This document shows positions 27,201-38,786 of a stretch of 64,000 nucleotides of DNA, piece by piece. Origin of the DNA: Lytechinus pictus (Eukaryota); NCBI RefSeq assembly GCF_037042905.1, contig NC_087245.1, positions 21,330,001 to 21,394,000 on the forward strand, given 5' to 3'. Numbering within the stretch: position 1 is the stretch's first letter; the number at the start of each line of letters is the position of its first letter. The position numbers and the translations under genes are program-made. The notes below the pieces were generated by a model. That model was not told where the DNA came from. It did not search any database and saw nothing but the letters and a program-made list of their open reading frames with translations.

Positions 27201-29218
27201 TACTGAACTCTTCTCAACTTTTACAAGAAAAAAAATGGTATCAACCCCATTTGAATTTCACATTTTATGAAACATTATCTGGAGTACACCTGCACAAAAT
27301 GACAGAGTAAGCACTCGCAAATCAAGCCTCCTCGAATAATACTCCACTTATAATTATGTAGACAAAACAGTTTCCTGACTGCTTCATGAGCAGTACTTTA
27401 TAGAATGTAAAGATTTGTTCGCTTTATCATATATCTGTAAAATTTTAGTAATAATTTTACAATTTACATTCCCTCATTTCTATAGCCACATCGGGTCAGG
27501 CGCAATTGATGACAGCTATAACAGTAATGAAGTGGGACACCATTTATATCATCCAAGGGTAGAGGGGTCTATTTGTTGTAAAACTGCCCCGGTGTTTTGA
27601 ATAATTGTTATTTTCATTTCTTTTTGCATAAATCCTCAGAACAATGCAAAATGATCTCGGACACGTGCCTTTATTCTCAAGGTGGATAATTTGACATATT
27701 TACATGTATTTAATTTGGTTCCGATAACTTTTCAGTTCTTTCTAAAACTGGAGATAAAAGATACTTAGAATTTATAAGTATACGGTAATAACAATCATTA
27801 TTTGGTATCAATTAACCATGATACCTTAAAATTAATTTTAATAAGGTGATACCTAACTGAGATGTAAAACCCCATAGAAAGATTAATGTTGAAAACCTTG
27901 TGAAGTTAATAAATTGAGGTGTCTTTTGACATTCATAGAATAGTGCATTTAAAAAGGTGCCAGCAATAGGTTCAGGAATGGCATAAAGCTACTGAAGTTT
28001 TACAAAAAAATCTGACTTTTTTATACATTCCTTTAGAGTTGCCAAATATATAATTCACATGACTTTCACAATTATTCCCCTGAATGTTGACAAAAATTGC
28101 TAAGATCATATTTGAATTGTGATGCAAAACACAGGTCCCGATTTCCCGAAAATATATTACAAATTTGGCATGACACACCTATAGTGCTCTTACAGGTGCC
28201 TTGTTTAAATTCCAAGCACAATGAATAAAAAAACACCAGAGAGATTCATGGAAAGGATACAAACCTTCTTGAAGAATGGTTTACGCTTCTCCTTAGGCTG
28301 TGGCGAAATCGTGCTTCCTCTTGACCGACTTAGCGTATCGCCTGTGTCCTCTTCTAGCCCGTTCTGGTCCCCATCTGTAAAAAAGAGAATAACTTCATTA
28401 CTATATCGATTTACATGTCATACCTCTGGAAGGATATACCTACGGTGTCCCACAGGGATGTTACTGTTCCACTGCTTTATTCATTTAACTGGCAAGGGTG
28501 GACATTGCCAACATACAAAATACTCTTTTTTTTTACTTCAGGTTCTAGCTAGTACCTATTCGATTTCTATAATTGTACTGTTGGTGAAGCTTAATTAATG
28601 GATGCAGATAGCAATATTCAGAGTGATATTAATTACTTTTGTATGATTGATGAAATATGACATTTTCACATTCTTTATATATTTAGAAATAATTCTTTAT
28701 GTTACCATACAGGCATGGGTCCCCAATTTTTAATGCAAAAAATTTCTCAATATATCATGCAATATGCAGTTAGTGTCGCTTTAACTGATCTTTGAATGTT
28801 CTTGTCAAGTTATTCTAAAAGTTTGGAATCCTTGCATCATTTGCATTCATCTGCTCTCCCTGACAGCCCAAGGAAAAACAAGAAACCAGAGAAAGCCAAA
28901 ATGGTAAAATCAAGAAGGGTGGAAAGAAGACCTGACATTCTTTTCCAATGAGTATCCATGTTCTTATAATGTCTTGCTTTACCCCAGGAGGCTCTGCTAA
29001 TCTGCTGCTTTCTAGTCACTCTTATAACTGACATTTCAGAAATGTCACCACAGGAAAAACAGTTTTTGAAAATATTTTAGAGAGAAAAGAAAGGGTAAAA
29101 ATGGAAGGATTGTGTAAATGTCATGAAGGATCATTAAACTGCTAATCAATCCATTGTGTGTGCTTTGAGTGGATACATTTTGCAGTTTAAGTATTTTTAT
29201 ATTCCCCATCGGAAGCAA

Positions 29219-29250
<32 letters not shown>

Positions 29251-32200
29251 TCATCACAGTCATCATGACTCAATATCATTTCCAGTATTATTTATTTTTC
29301 ACCACTGTCAATTTCCAGAAAACATTTTTCCTTCCGTATGTGTTTTGCTAAGGTTTTAAAGGCTAATCAAGATTAGCAGAAACAGGTTTGGAACTGACAT
29401 TTATTGAAGCCTTGAACGAAACTTATTTATGCTAATTCATTGCGCAAGAAAAGATATTAGGATGGGAAAATCCCCTTTTAAAGATTTGAATCTTCTTTAA
29501 CCTTTCATATCTTGTGCAAGCTTGACAGCAATGCCTGCATGTTTATTCTGCCGAAGAATCCATCCAAACTAAAAGCAGCTTTTGCCTTCATGAATTATTC
29601 AGTCATGCTTCTAGAGTCTTTAGGTGTCTGACATGAGATTGGAATAGCTGTAAAGTGTGGAAACCTTTACTAAAATGTATTCATGTATGATATGCACACA
29701 AATGATAAAGGTCTTCTGCATAGCTGTGAAGCAAGGTTGTCTTGCTTTTTCCCCCAATTTTTAACAGCTACAGTGAGTCTCATCAATCACCTGCTGATGA
29801 TTTCATTCCGTTTTCATAAAATGCCCAAAAGATTTTTTTTTCCCACGATATCTTCAGTCTTAAAAATGCTAAGCTAATTCCTAAAGGTGAAGTTGAAAAG
29901 GGGAGTTAGATATCTAAAATAATTGACATTTCTAGTTATAGTGGCATAAAAAGAGATCAATGAGCACCTTACCAGAGGCATTGCCATCTTTTCATTCATT
30001 ATATCATTATAGACAAAAAAATGGGAGATTCCGGAGAAAGCCGCTGTGAAAATGTTAAGTGCCTTAGCAGCAGGAATGTCTGAAGATTTGACTAATATAA
30101 AATGTTGCAAGGAATTGTACCCTAATTCTTTTAGCACTAAAGATTCCCAACACTGTAAACCTTTAGCTTTTAATATATTTGACTCTGCTGTTTGAACACA
30201 TAATGTTAAAGTAACCAAATGTGTCATAATGACATCAATTGATAGGTGTTCAACTGACACCATAAATTGAACACTGGAGCAAGATGCTTAAGTAGTGATC
30301 ACACCGCCAGAACAGTAGGGAGAGGGGGTCGCATTTCGACAACGCTCATCACCGCGCACGAAATGGAGAAAAAAAATTGAAAACACGGGCGTTGCCTTAG
30401 CGGTGCACCGCTGAAGCCGGTTGCGAGCGTTGGTTTAGCGGTGACACCTCTATACCTTAACCACCACCAAACCAAACAATAGTTCATCATCGAAATGGAT
30501 CGCTGCCTCAACGCCAGACACCGTTCCAGCAATCCTGTGTACCCTCGTAAAACGCATACAACCGCTCTACCAAAGTTTGTGCAACATTTAATCACCGCAG
30601 CGGTGGTCCAGCTTGCAAGATTTCAGTTGGCCTAGCGGACCCAAGCGTCCAGGAACTTGCGTCTAGCGGTGCCAAACTTTGACTGGGCGTTGTTGGAGTG
30701 GGGGTGACTTTTACGGGAGTGGAAAATTGCCCGCAATATTTTGTGCAGCTCAAATCTTTTGGAGCGGTAGGAGGGACAATCAGCATTGGCCGAGCGTATA
30801 CCGCGTTGCTGTAACGGTGGCCAACTTCTGTTAAACGGTGGTGAACGATAAGCAGCGGTGATGATTTTTTTAACCGCTCCAGCAAAGTTCTGGCGTGTGA
30901 CCACTACTTTAACGATGTCCTCTGGAAACCAGTGGTGTACTTTTAAAATTTCAGTTTTATCAGTGAACTTGGTTTGAAAGAATAGCTCACCTGGAGTTGG
31001 GGGAGTAGAACCTCTTGAATTGGATGACTTTGAGTTAGGTAGTCCGGTCGGGAAGTCGCCGAGGTTAGAGCTGGAACTGAGACCACTGGTGGACCTGCTG
31101 TGACGGGGGGAAGCCAAATGATGGTTGGTCTTACTAGCGTTAAGGGGGAGTGTGGCGGCCTTGTTCTGGAGGAACGACAGGCCCGGGAAGCTGGAAAGGC
31201 TTCCCTTGCTACTGGGGGAGGAAGGGATCGTCATGGTGGTACTGCTACTCAGGGGTAACATAGAGTGTATAATGGGGTATGGTATGACCGGTATCCCGTG
31301 TGATGGGGGGTAAGCATATCACACACACGATGAGTATAATGACCATGTCATGTGAGAATAGGTTAAATGGGGTTAAGGTATGATCAGGTTAATTACATTT
31401 TAGTTAATTTAATAAAAGGTAAAATGATCAGTGTATTTTTCAAAATTAGATTTGGGTAAAATGTAAGGATGGATGAGAGTATAAGTGGGTTAACACACGT
31501 TAAATAAAAGGGGGTTGGTAAATAAGAATGGATGGGTCAAAATTTAGTGTTACCACAGGGTTCCAGCCGTAAAAACAAAACACAGATCGGTAAGGTTCGC
31601 GAGGGCAAGCACAAGGGAAGAAATTATATGTTTAAGTAAGTGGAGATAACACGTCAGAAAAAAAGCAGACAGCAAAGAGAGAAAAGAGAAATAGGAAAAG
31701 AAATGTAGGAAATAGATAGATGATAGCGATATTATTAGAATAAATTAGAATTAAGGATATCAGGAAAAGTTAAGGGATGAGTTGGGGCGTGCAAAAAAAT
31801 AACACGCAAGATTCATTTTCACAGCAATATAAAAATTGACGTTAGTACGAGTTACACGTAAAGTCAATTAAACATGGCAAATGGAAGGAAAAGGCAAAAT
31901 CGTCTCATTAAAAAATAATGATTTCATGAAAGTTTTGTATAAAATGTAAAATAAAAAAAGTTAATTGACAAAATTGATCAAAGGGAAAAGCGTTGATTTT
32001 TATGAAATCGTAAGTTTTGTTAAAAAAAAATAATTTTTAAACATATACGGTAACAGAAAATTTGTGTTCAAACAAAAGGGTTTTGTTATGAAATGATAAT
32101 AGGATGGAAAGTAATTGGAATATTGTTGGTGTATTGAGAGAAATTATGTAAATTATTCCAAGATAGAGGAAGATAGCAAGGAAATTATTAATAGTTGGGA

Positions 32201-35200
32201 GGTAGTGGGTTCATTGGGGTAAAATTTCAAGGTGGATGGGTAGGAGAGGGGGTGTAGACGACCCCAGACAGCCCCAATCAAGTAGCAAATAAGGTCAATC
32301 ATTCCAGAACAAGGCAGTCAAAACATCAAATAATGATCAATTCATTTATGAGTTTGAATATGTCATGAGATCAGTGATAATGATAGGAATTTTCAAAACA
32401 GACAAAGACATAGTGCATACGAGATAATGTTTTCATCAAACAACATCATAATCAAGCAATGTTGATTGTGTCCAGTGACAGAAGATAGTTATTTAAAAAT
32501 ATGAAAATGAAACATGCATTACCAAACACATATCACAATAGAAAGCAATTGCAAAATCATCAAGGCAGCGAAAAACCATAAATCCAATTTTTTCAGTCAA
32601 AACATGCAGATTCAATACAAAGGTTTAGCAGGTGGGGTGAAAACAAAAGAACAAAAAGGGTGTGGGAGAAGAAAGGATTGTAAAAAAATAAATCAGTTAG
32701 TTATCATCAAGATGATAAACCAAATTCTGTCAATATGCCAGAAAACAAAATCTAGAGTAAATCAACAAAATTATAGCACCACACATAAATATGGTTGGTT
32801 TATTTCTTAAAATAAAACCAAATCAAATGTAATTAGGGTTAAAAGCAAATAAAACGAAAGAAATCAACCTATTTCTATAAATCATTAAAAATCTAAGAAA
32901 CGAATGCTTTGAACAATAGGAGTTAGAAAGCAATATACTCCAAAGTGAATCCTTGAAAAAAAAAAAAATTAATAACCAATTTATTGTAACATGCTTGACA
33001 TCAAGTAATCCACTTGGGTAGCAATATCCTCTGTAACCTTTAGTTCATATATATATATATATATATATATACTTTGTGTGTGTGTGGGGGGGGGGGGCTT
33101 TTACATATTAAATATCTTTAAAAAGTAAAAAACAATGTTTAACCAATAGTTTTAACTGGAAACTGTCCAGGAATGCCTCATTCGAATGAACTGTGTATAC
33201 ATGTATTGGCAACATAAATGTAAGTGCATGTATTGTGGTCAAATGGGATTCCTAGGGCTGTGAAAAAATCAGTCACGCTTCAGGAGGAAGGAGGAATTTG
33301 AAATGGGCAAATTCAATAATAAACATACATTGAATAAAATTTTTACAGAAAAATAAGCCCTGTTTATTCCCCCAAGATTACTTCCATTCAAATCTGAATC
33401 GGCACTTCTACATGTAATCATGGCAGAAAACAGCATCACCCCCCCCCCCCATTTCTATTAAGGCTAAAATGAAATGAACATGATAGGAGACTATTTGTCA
33501 AGTCTGCATTGATTGTCAAGTCAAATAAAAGATCTTCCACTTTTTCATGGCCATGTATGTTGCCTACACATTTACCTTACATACATTAAAACTAAACTGA
33601 TCATTTAATTTTGTAATTTATATCAATCACATATTGACTGTATGAAATTGATCAAATGCATGATGTGAAGAGGTATACAAATAAATGTTCTTATATCATG
33701 TGAAGGTAAATAATTTCAAATGTCACAGTGTACAGATGCATGCTGTGTTTTTCAAGATGATGATGATGATGACAATAATTTAAAGTAGTGTGGAAATACT
33801 AATAATCTAGCTATAAAACAAATAATCATTATTTGTTTAAAAATCTAACTTTAAGGAACAATGTTTAAAAAAGATTTGGTAGAAAAGGGATAACCCCTTA
33901 ATGGAAAATACAATCAAATCTGTTGGAAAAACAAAACCCTGAAAATTTTCACATTTCAAAATCATTAATGCAGAGGAATATGACATGAACTTTTAGCCAT
34001 AATGGTCAGGGAATTCATTGAAAAAACCTGTATAGTGTGCGATTCCTATGAATGTAAAACAAATATAAAAACAATGTGGATGTATTCTAGGTATCCATAC
34101 TGAAGATATGAGCTCGGTAAAAACCTTCTTGAATGAATGAGAGTAGTATGGAAAACCCATCAGGACAATGCATAAATTAGAATTGGTATAAATATATCCC
34201 ATCCAATATTTATACTCCCACTCAAGCTAAAAGCATTTCTCAGAGAACGGACACTCCCGCTGCGCCTTTTAAGATCCGAACAGTCCCATGCACTCATTAA
34301 TATGTCTGTATTCCATAAACGGTGCACTGTATGACGTTTGCAGTGCAATGCACAGAAACAATCGTGCATAATGCAATAATATTGCATTGAGCATCTGTGT
34401 CCAGTGTCCGTAGCTTATGAAATGAATATAAAGCTTACTCTCAGCTTGAAGAGGAAGAAAGTATAATGGACATCAGACCTTTTATTTGGTTTCCAGCAAG
34501 CAATGAGGCACAGACAACTAGTGAACTCATTGATTCTATAAAATCATAAGCTTCTGAACCCTATTGAGTTTCATCAAAGTGATTCAGTTGAATACTTTGA
34601 TTCATAAATATGGTATAGTGACCATCTTCCATGAATTCAATCAAATTCTTGTTACTTAAAAGCAGAGGTATAATCAAGAGTCTATATCAATCCTTATACT
34701 TTATTTCGATTTTTACAAATGAACTGCGGCATTCTAAACTATTTGATTAAATCCATAGGGTTATGAAGCTATAAGTGTTCAATCATAGAGTAAATTTTAA
34801 TGAATTTTAGTCTTATAATTGGAGAATTCATTTCCATGACAATGATTCAATATGTTTCAGTTATTAACATCACCTGGTATTTTACTTAATAACTTTGTGT
34901 TTTAGATAGCAAATCTGGAAAAATATGCAGTAAACAATCAAACTATCACTTTGCATCATGCCATTTATATGCAAAGAAAAGGGTAAGTGCATGCAGATTC
35001 TGGAATCAAGAAAAACAGAACAATAGTTTACATCTAAAGAATTACCCGTATGCAAACAATTGTTTTTTTAATTATATTTTTTTACTTCCAACTTAAAGAA
35101 AGCGTGGGGGAAATACAATGGAAATAAGAAACTGGAAGAGGGAAACAGACTTTCACCAACCTGTTTAACTTGCAATTTGAATTTGGAAAAGCAGGTCGAA

Positions 35201-38200
35201 TGGGGAATACATATTTCAAATGACTTTTGAAAGGTACATTTGGTAACTTAAAGATACAGCAAACTGGAATCAAAATAAACAAAAACATATGACAACTGGG
35301 AGCATTTGGCACCATTTTTACTTTTCTCTTATTTACTTGCAACCACCACAGCGCTGAAAAGAGACCATAGTATTTCATAAGGGTTGGGGCAAGGGGGAGG
35401 GGGGGGGGGTGACTCCAAAGGGGCAATTTGTCACATTCACACGCCATAGGAACCAATGAAGCAAATTTCCCTTTTCTCCATTAAAATTTGCAGTTTTTAC
35501 TCTATTTCAAAGTCAGAAAGAGTCAAATTACTGATGAGGAAAAAGTCCTACCTCCTCATGTAATCTGTATGCAAATATTCCCTTGTGGTACAAAAAATAG
35601 GGAAAAAAGTGGAAATTCTTGTTAGGGAATATCATGGTTGGGAATGATAATGGCTGTTTCAATGTACCTACATATCTCTTTCATCAAAACCCTAAAACTG
35701 ACAGAGTAATATCAGCAGAAAAATCCTAATAGCTTTTCATTTGGATATTTATACAATTCCTCTATCTGTCCTTTCAGATATTTGTATATGGTTGGTAGCT
35801 ATTATGCATGAGTTCATCAAATAATTTCATTTTTTGAAAACCCTAACGAAAAAAGATGTGGACCAAAATATACTTCAGACAATACAGAAACACATTTCAC
35901 AATGCACAGAGTAAAAGGGACAATGACATCACAGAAAAAAATTATACAGATAAACAAACACAAATAGACAAACACCTACATAAATATAAATATAATATAT
36001 TGATAATGAAACATGTATTTTGTGTATAGCTTAATAAATATAGGACACAAAAAGGAATAATTTTGATACAAATCGCTTTTTCCTCTATTGAATTATAATT
36101 ATGGTAACTATGGTAGCAGGGCTCAGCAGCCAATCAGAATCAAAGTTTCCATGGTAGTTAACAAAATTGCAAATTTACAATGATTATAAGCCTTTATGGA
36201 ATGGGCCCCAGGTGAATATCCCCATTTAAAAATAGGGTGGGTCTTACAGAGAATATTAGTATTGCTGATTAAAATTGAACGTTGCTATGGAAACCAATTA
36301 ATGCCAGAATAAGCTATCTGTCCTTATCATTGCAAATCAAGACAATTGCTTTTTCAGAGTTGATTAAAAATACCCCAAACCTACATTTACTGCAAGAGCA
36401 GTACGTTAGTGAAAACATCAAGAACCTGGCATTAACTACATGTCATCTGTCAGGGCTATTGTTACCCCCCCCCCCCCACTTTTGAATATAAGACAAACTT
36501 ATGAGCTAATTGCAGTCCCATCCCTCAATACATATATCATACCTACAATAACCTATAATTTCTTTCAAGTATTTTTTTTTACAAGAAAATATTTGTCTCC
36601 AATTCACTTCACTAGTAGAATCAGACAGTGAAAGCCAATAGTGTGAGACCATAGGAACTGTCAATTTCATAAAAATTGTAACTTCCTTTATGTTTTTTTT
36701 TCAATCGGGATGATAGTAAAGAACATAGATAAAATCATTGTGATCATGAACGCTACTCACTTTCCAAGTCTATTTCTTGTCCCTGAAGCCTGTAACCTCA
36801 TGTTCTCTAGCTTGGCTGGACTAGGAATGAAGCCTATATCGGCTCCTTCTTTTACTAATTTACCAATCCACCAGTCATTGTTGTATTTCTATGTAGTAAG
36901 AAAAGACAATCAAGCATATAAATATATTTGTCCTCAGGGTTTTGTCCTCAGAACAACTCTTATTCAACTTCAAAACTACAATTCATATTTTAATATTTGG
37001 CTTGGAGCTGTACGTTTCTTTCGCTCCATGAGATAATTCACCCTTTGAATAGTTATACATGTATTTTAATACTTTAAAGGACCTAAATGAAAACTAGAAT
37101 GATTATAATTAATATCATCACTCTGAGGAAATAAAGAATGCAGGCAGTCCAGCAGAAGATATTCAACACAAAACAATTTTCAAACATTCACATTCCATAT
37201 TTGTTTGTTTTAAAAATGTTATATCAATTTGATGAAACAAAATTATGTTCTTTACGGGACTTATTGTTAATAATAGTTCATTGCAAATAATAATTTCATT
37301 TCTAAAAATAAAAATAAAGTAAAATAGATTATACTTAAAGGATAATCCAACCTACCTCTTTTATATGTAGGAAGTCTTTTACTTCAAAAGATATTGCGCA
37401 TCCTTGCACAGGGGAGTCGTCATCTATAGAACCGTCATAATTTACATTTGTTCGTACCGCAAAGGCAACTGGCTTTGTCTAAAAGAAAGAAAGACACATA
37501 TACATAAATAACAAAATTCACTATGCACAATTACTAATTACTGATGTTACATGAATATAGGCATGTTACCCAGTTTCCCTTAATTTGAAGAAAAAAAATA
37601 ATCATAGAACATGAACCTTAAATGAATTGGATTTTTTGTTTAATTCCTTCCGTACATATTTCAAAGAATAACATTTAAAAAACTTGGAGAAAAGAGTTCT
37701 TAGAAATAAGAAGAAACATTCAATTATGCAAGACATTTGGTATCATATATGATACACTAAAGCACAGTTGCATCTCAGCTCTCATGAACAAATTGGACAT
37801 AATGTCTATTTGGGATAACTTGGTTTATAAAGCTGAGCCTTATGCATGATTTGAAACTACAGCATACTCTTGTTAACTCTTTTGCACATATTTCTTTCCT
37901 CAAAATTTTCCCTCCAAGCCATAAAAATTAAGACAAAGATAATGCACAAAATGCATTAAATTTTCATTCATGCATACGTCACAAATGTCAAGAATTGAAT
38001 AGAAAATTAACCTTAATCTTAATCCTTAAAATTAGAAAAACATTAAAAGAAGCAATAAAGTTATTAAGATCATAAGATCAATACTGGCAATTGCTCCTAC
38101 TGCTGGATATATGTTTTTATGTGTCAGAGCTATATACAGATTCAAACATGTTACATGTAGGTAACCTACCCTAGCTTTTTCTAATTGTGCTAATGCTTGT

Positions 38201-38289
38201 CTTTCGGTCTCTCTTCTTAAAGCTTCTCTCTCCTCATCCAATGACAGGTCTGAATCAGAGGGCCGGCCGTAGTTTGAATCCTCAGAACC
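20392..38289 (-). CDS. CACNB: Voltage-dependent calcium channel beta subunit (CaVbeta; SH3-HOOK-GK), 5'-partial, 10 exons, 642 aa from the first identified exon
   Basis: Exons 38170-38289, 37356-37478, 36761-36888, 30991-31094, 28265-28374, 26921-27060, 26174-26286, 23754-23905, 21969-22064 and 20392-21234 splice in frame with GT-AG boundaries. Hallmark motifs: [39 protein letters not shown]...[64 protein letters not shown]. Confidence 0.96.
21969..22064 (-). CDS. CACNB: CACNB exon (GK)
   Basis: [32 protein letters not shown]; tttcag acceptor, gtaagt donor. Confidence 0.96.
23754..23905 (-). CDS. CACNB: CACNB exon (GK)
   Basis: [51 protein letters not shown]. Confidence 0.96.
26174..26286 (-). 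CDS. CACNB: CACNB exon (GK)
   Basis: [38 protein letters not shown]; aag acceptor, gtaagg donor. Confidence 0.95.
26921..27060 (-). CDS. CACNB: CACNB exon (last SH3 strand / GK start)
   Basis: [46 protein letters not shown]; gtaagt donor. Confidence 0.97.
28265..28374 (-). CDS. CACNB: CACNB HOOK exon 2
   Basis: [37 protein letters not shown], ending in the conserved KEKRxPFFKK; phases 1/0 fit the neighbours. Confidence 0.93.
29225..29267. repeat. (ATC)n microsatellite
   Basis: Visible tcatcatcatc array. Confidence 0.9.
30291..30908. mobile_element. PIF/Harbinger-like MITE
   Basis: TTA direct duplication (30288-30290, 30909-30911); TIRs AGTAGTGATCACACCGCCAGAAC / GTTCTGGCGTGTGACCACTACT; GC-rich interior with many ACCGC/GCGGT motifs. 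Confidence 0.8.
30991..31094 (-). CDS. CACNB: CACNB HOOK exon (short form; longer in-frame forms possible)
   Basis: [34 protein letters not shown], resembling the SSSSxLG...STPP HOOK segment of CaVbeta. Acceptor ccgtcacagcag (phase 2), donor gtgagc (phase 1). The 5' boundary is ambiguous. Confidence 0.85.
31251..32726 (-). promoter_or_regulatory. Extended AG-exclusion zone with distal branch point and polypyrimidine tract, upstream of the CACNB HOOK exon
   Basis: Only one + strand CT (= sense AG, in a GAG context, 31904-31905) in 1476 nt. Sense AACTAAC at 32696-32702 is followed by a pyrimidine tract at 32641-32690. Confidence 0.7.
33047..33098. repeat. (AT)n-(TG)n-poly-G compound simple repeat
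   Basis: Visible runs. Confidence 0.85.
36761..36888 (-). CDS. CACNB: CACNB exon (SH3 into HOOK)
   Basis: [42 protein letters not shown]; gtgagt donor, phase 2. Confidence 0.96.
37356..37478 (-). CDS. CACNB: CACNB exon (SH3, first part)
   Basis: [41 protein letters not shown]; canonical splice sites. Confidence 0.96.
38170..38289 (-). CDS. CACNB: CACNB exon (N-terminal helix)
   Basis: [40 protein letters not shown]; tttcag acceptor, gtaggt donor, phase 0/0. Confidence 0.95.
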
Positions 38290-38630
38290 CTGAAAAATAT
38301 AACCATATAAGTACAATTTAGGAAAATATATGACAAGTAGAGAGTGGTATGCTTAACTTTCAGAATTACAAAATTGAGCAAAATACATAAAATATCTTGA
38401 TTTAAATTTTTTGAACAATTTCGTGGAGGCACAAGTGATGAAATATTGATACCATATAAAGATGAAGATTATTCCATTATCATAACTGAATATCACTAGT
38501 TACAGGGATTTAAATCAAGTCTTGATTGACAGTGGAGGATTTCAATTTACTTTAATATTTTAATATTTAATATTCAAATTCAAATCTGTATATAAGACTT
38601 TGACACAAGTATGGTCAATATTCACTCCAG

Positions 38631-38786
38631 GGGCCCGTAACACAAAGTTTAGCGATTAATCGCTAAATGACATGGCCTATCAATATCATCCTTGCATGCA
38701 CATTTTGATCAGTAGACTGACTAGGAACCAATCAGAATCGCTCTTTCAAATTAGCGATTCATTGATAATCTTTGTGTTACGGAGCC
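38631..38786. mobile_element. Short MITE with GGGCCC-type termini
   Basis: GGGCCCGTAACACAAAG ... CTTTGTGTTACGGAGCC, flanked by CAG / CTG. Related right ends occur at ~9888-9907 and ~36190-36211. Confidence 0.7.

Noticed and set aside
29045..29359. Poly-His/Met/Ile ORFs (also 62677-63386)
   Set aside because: Translations of (ATC)n microsatellites.
30299..30885. ORFs inside the GC-rich insert as a possible transposase or gene
   Set aside because: They lie within a 618-bp MITE and show no DDE or Myb-like motifs.
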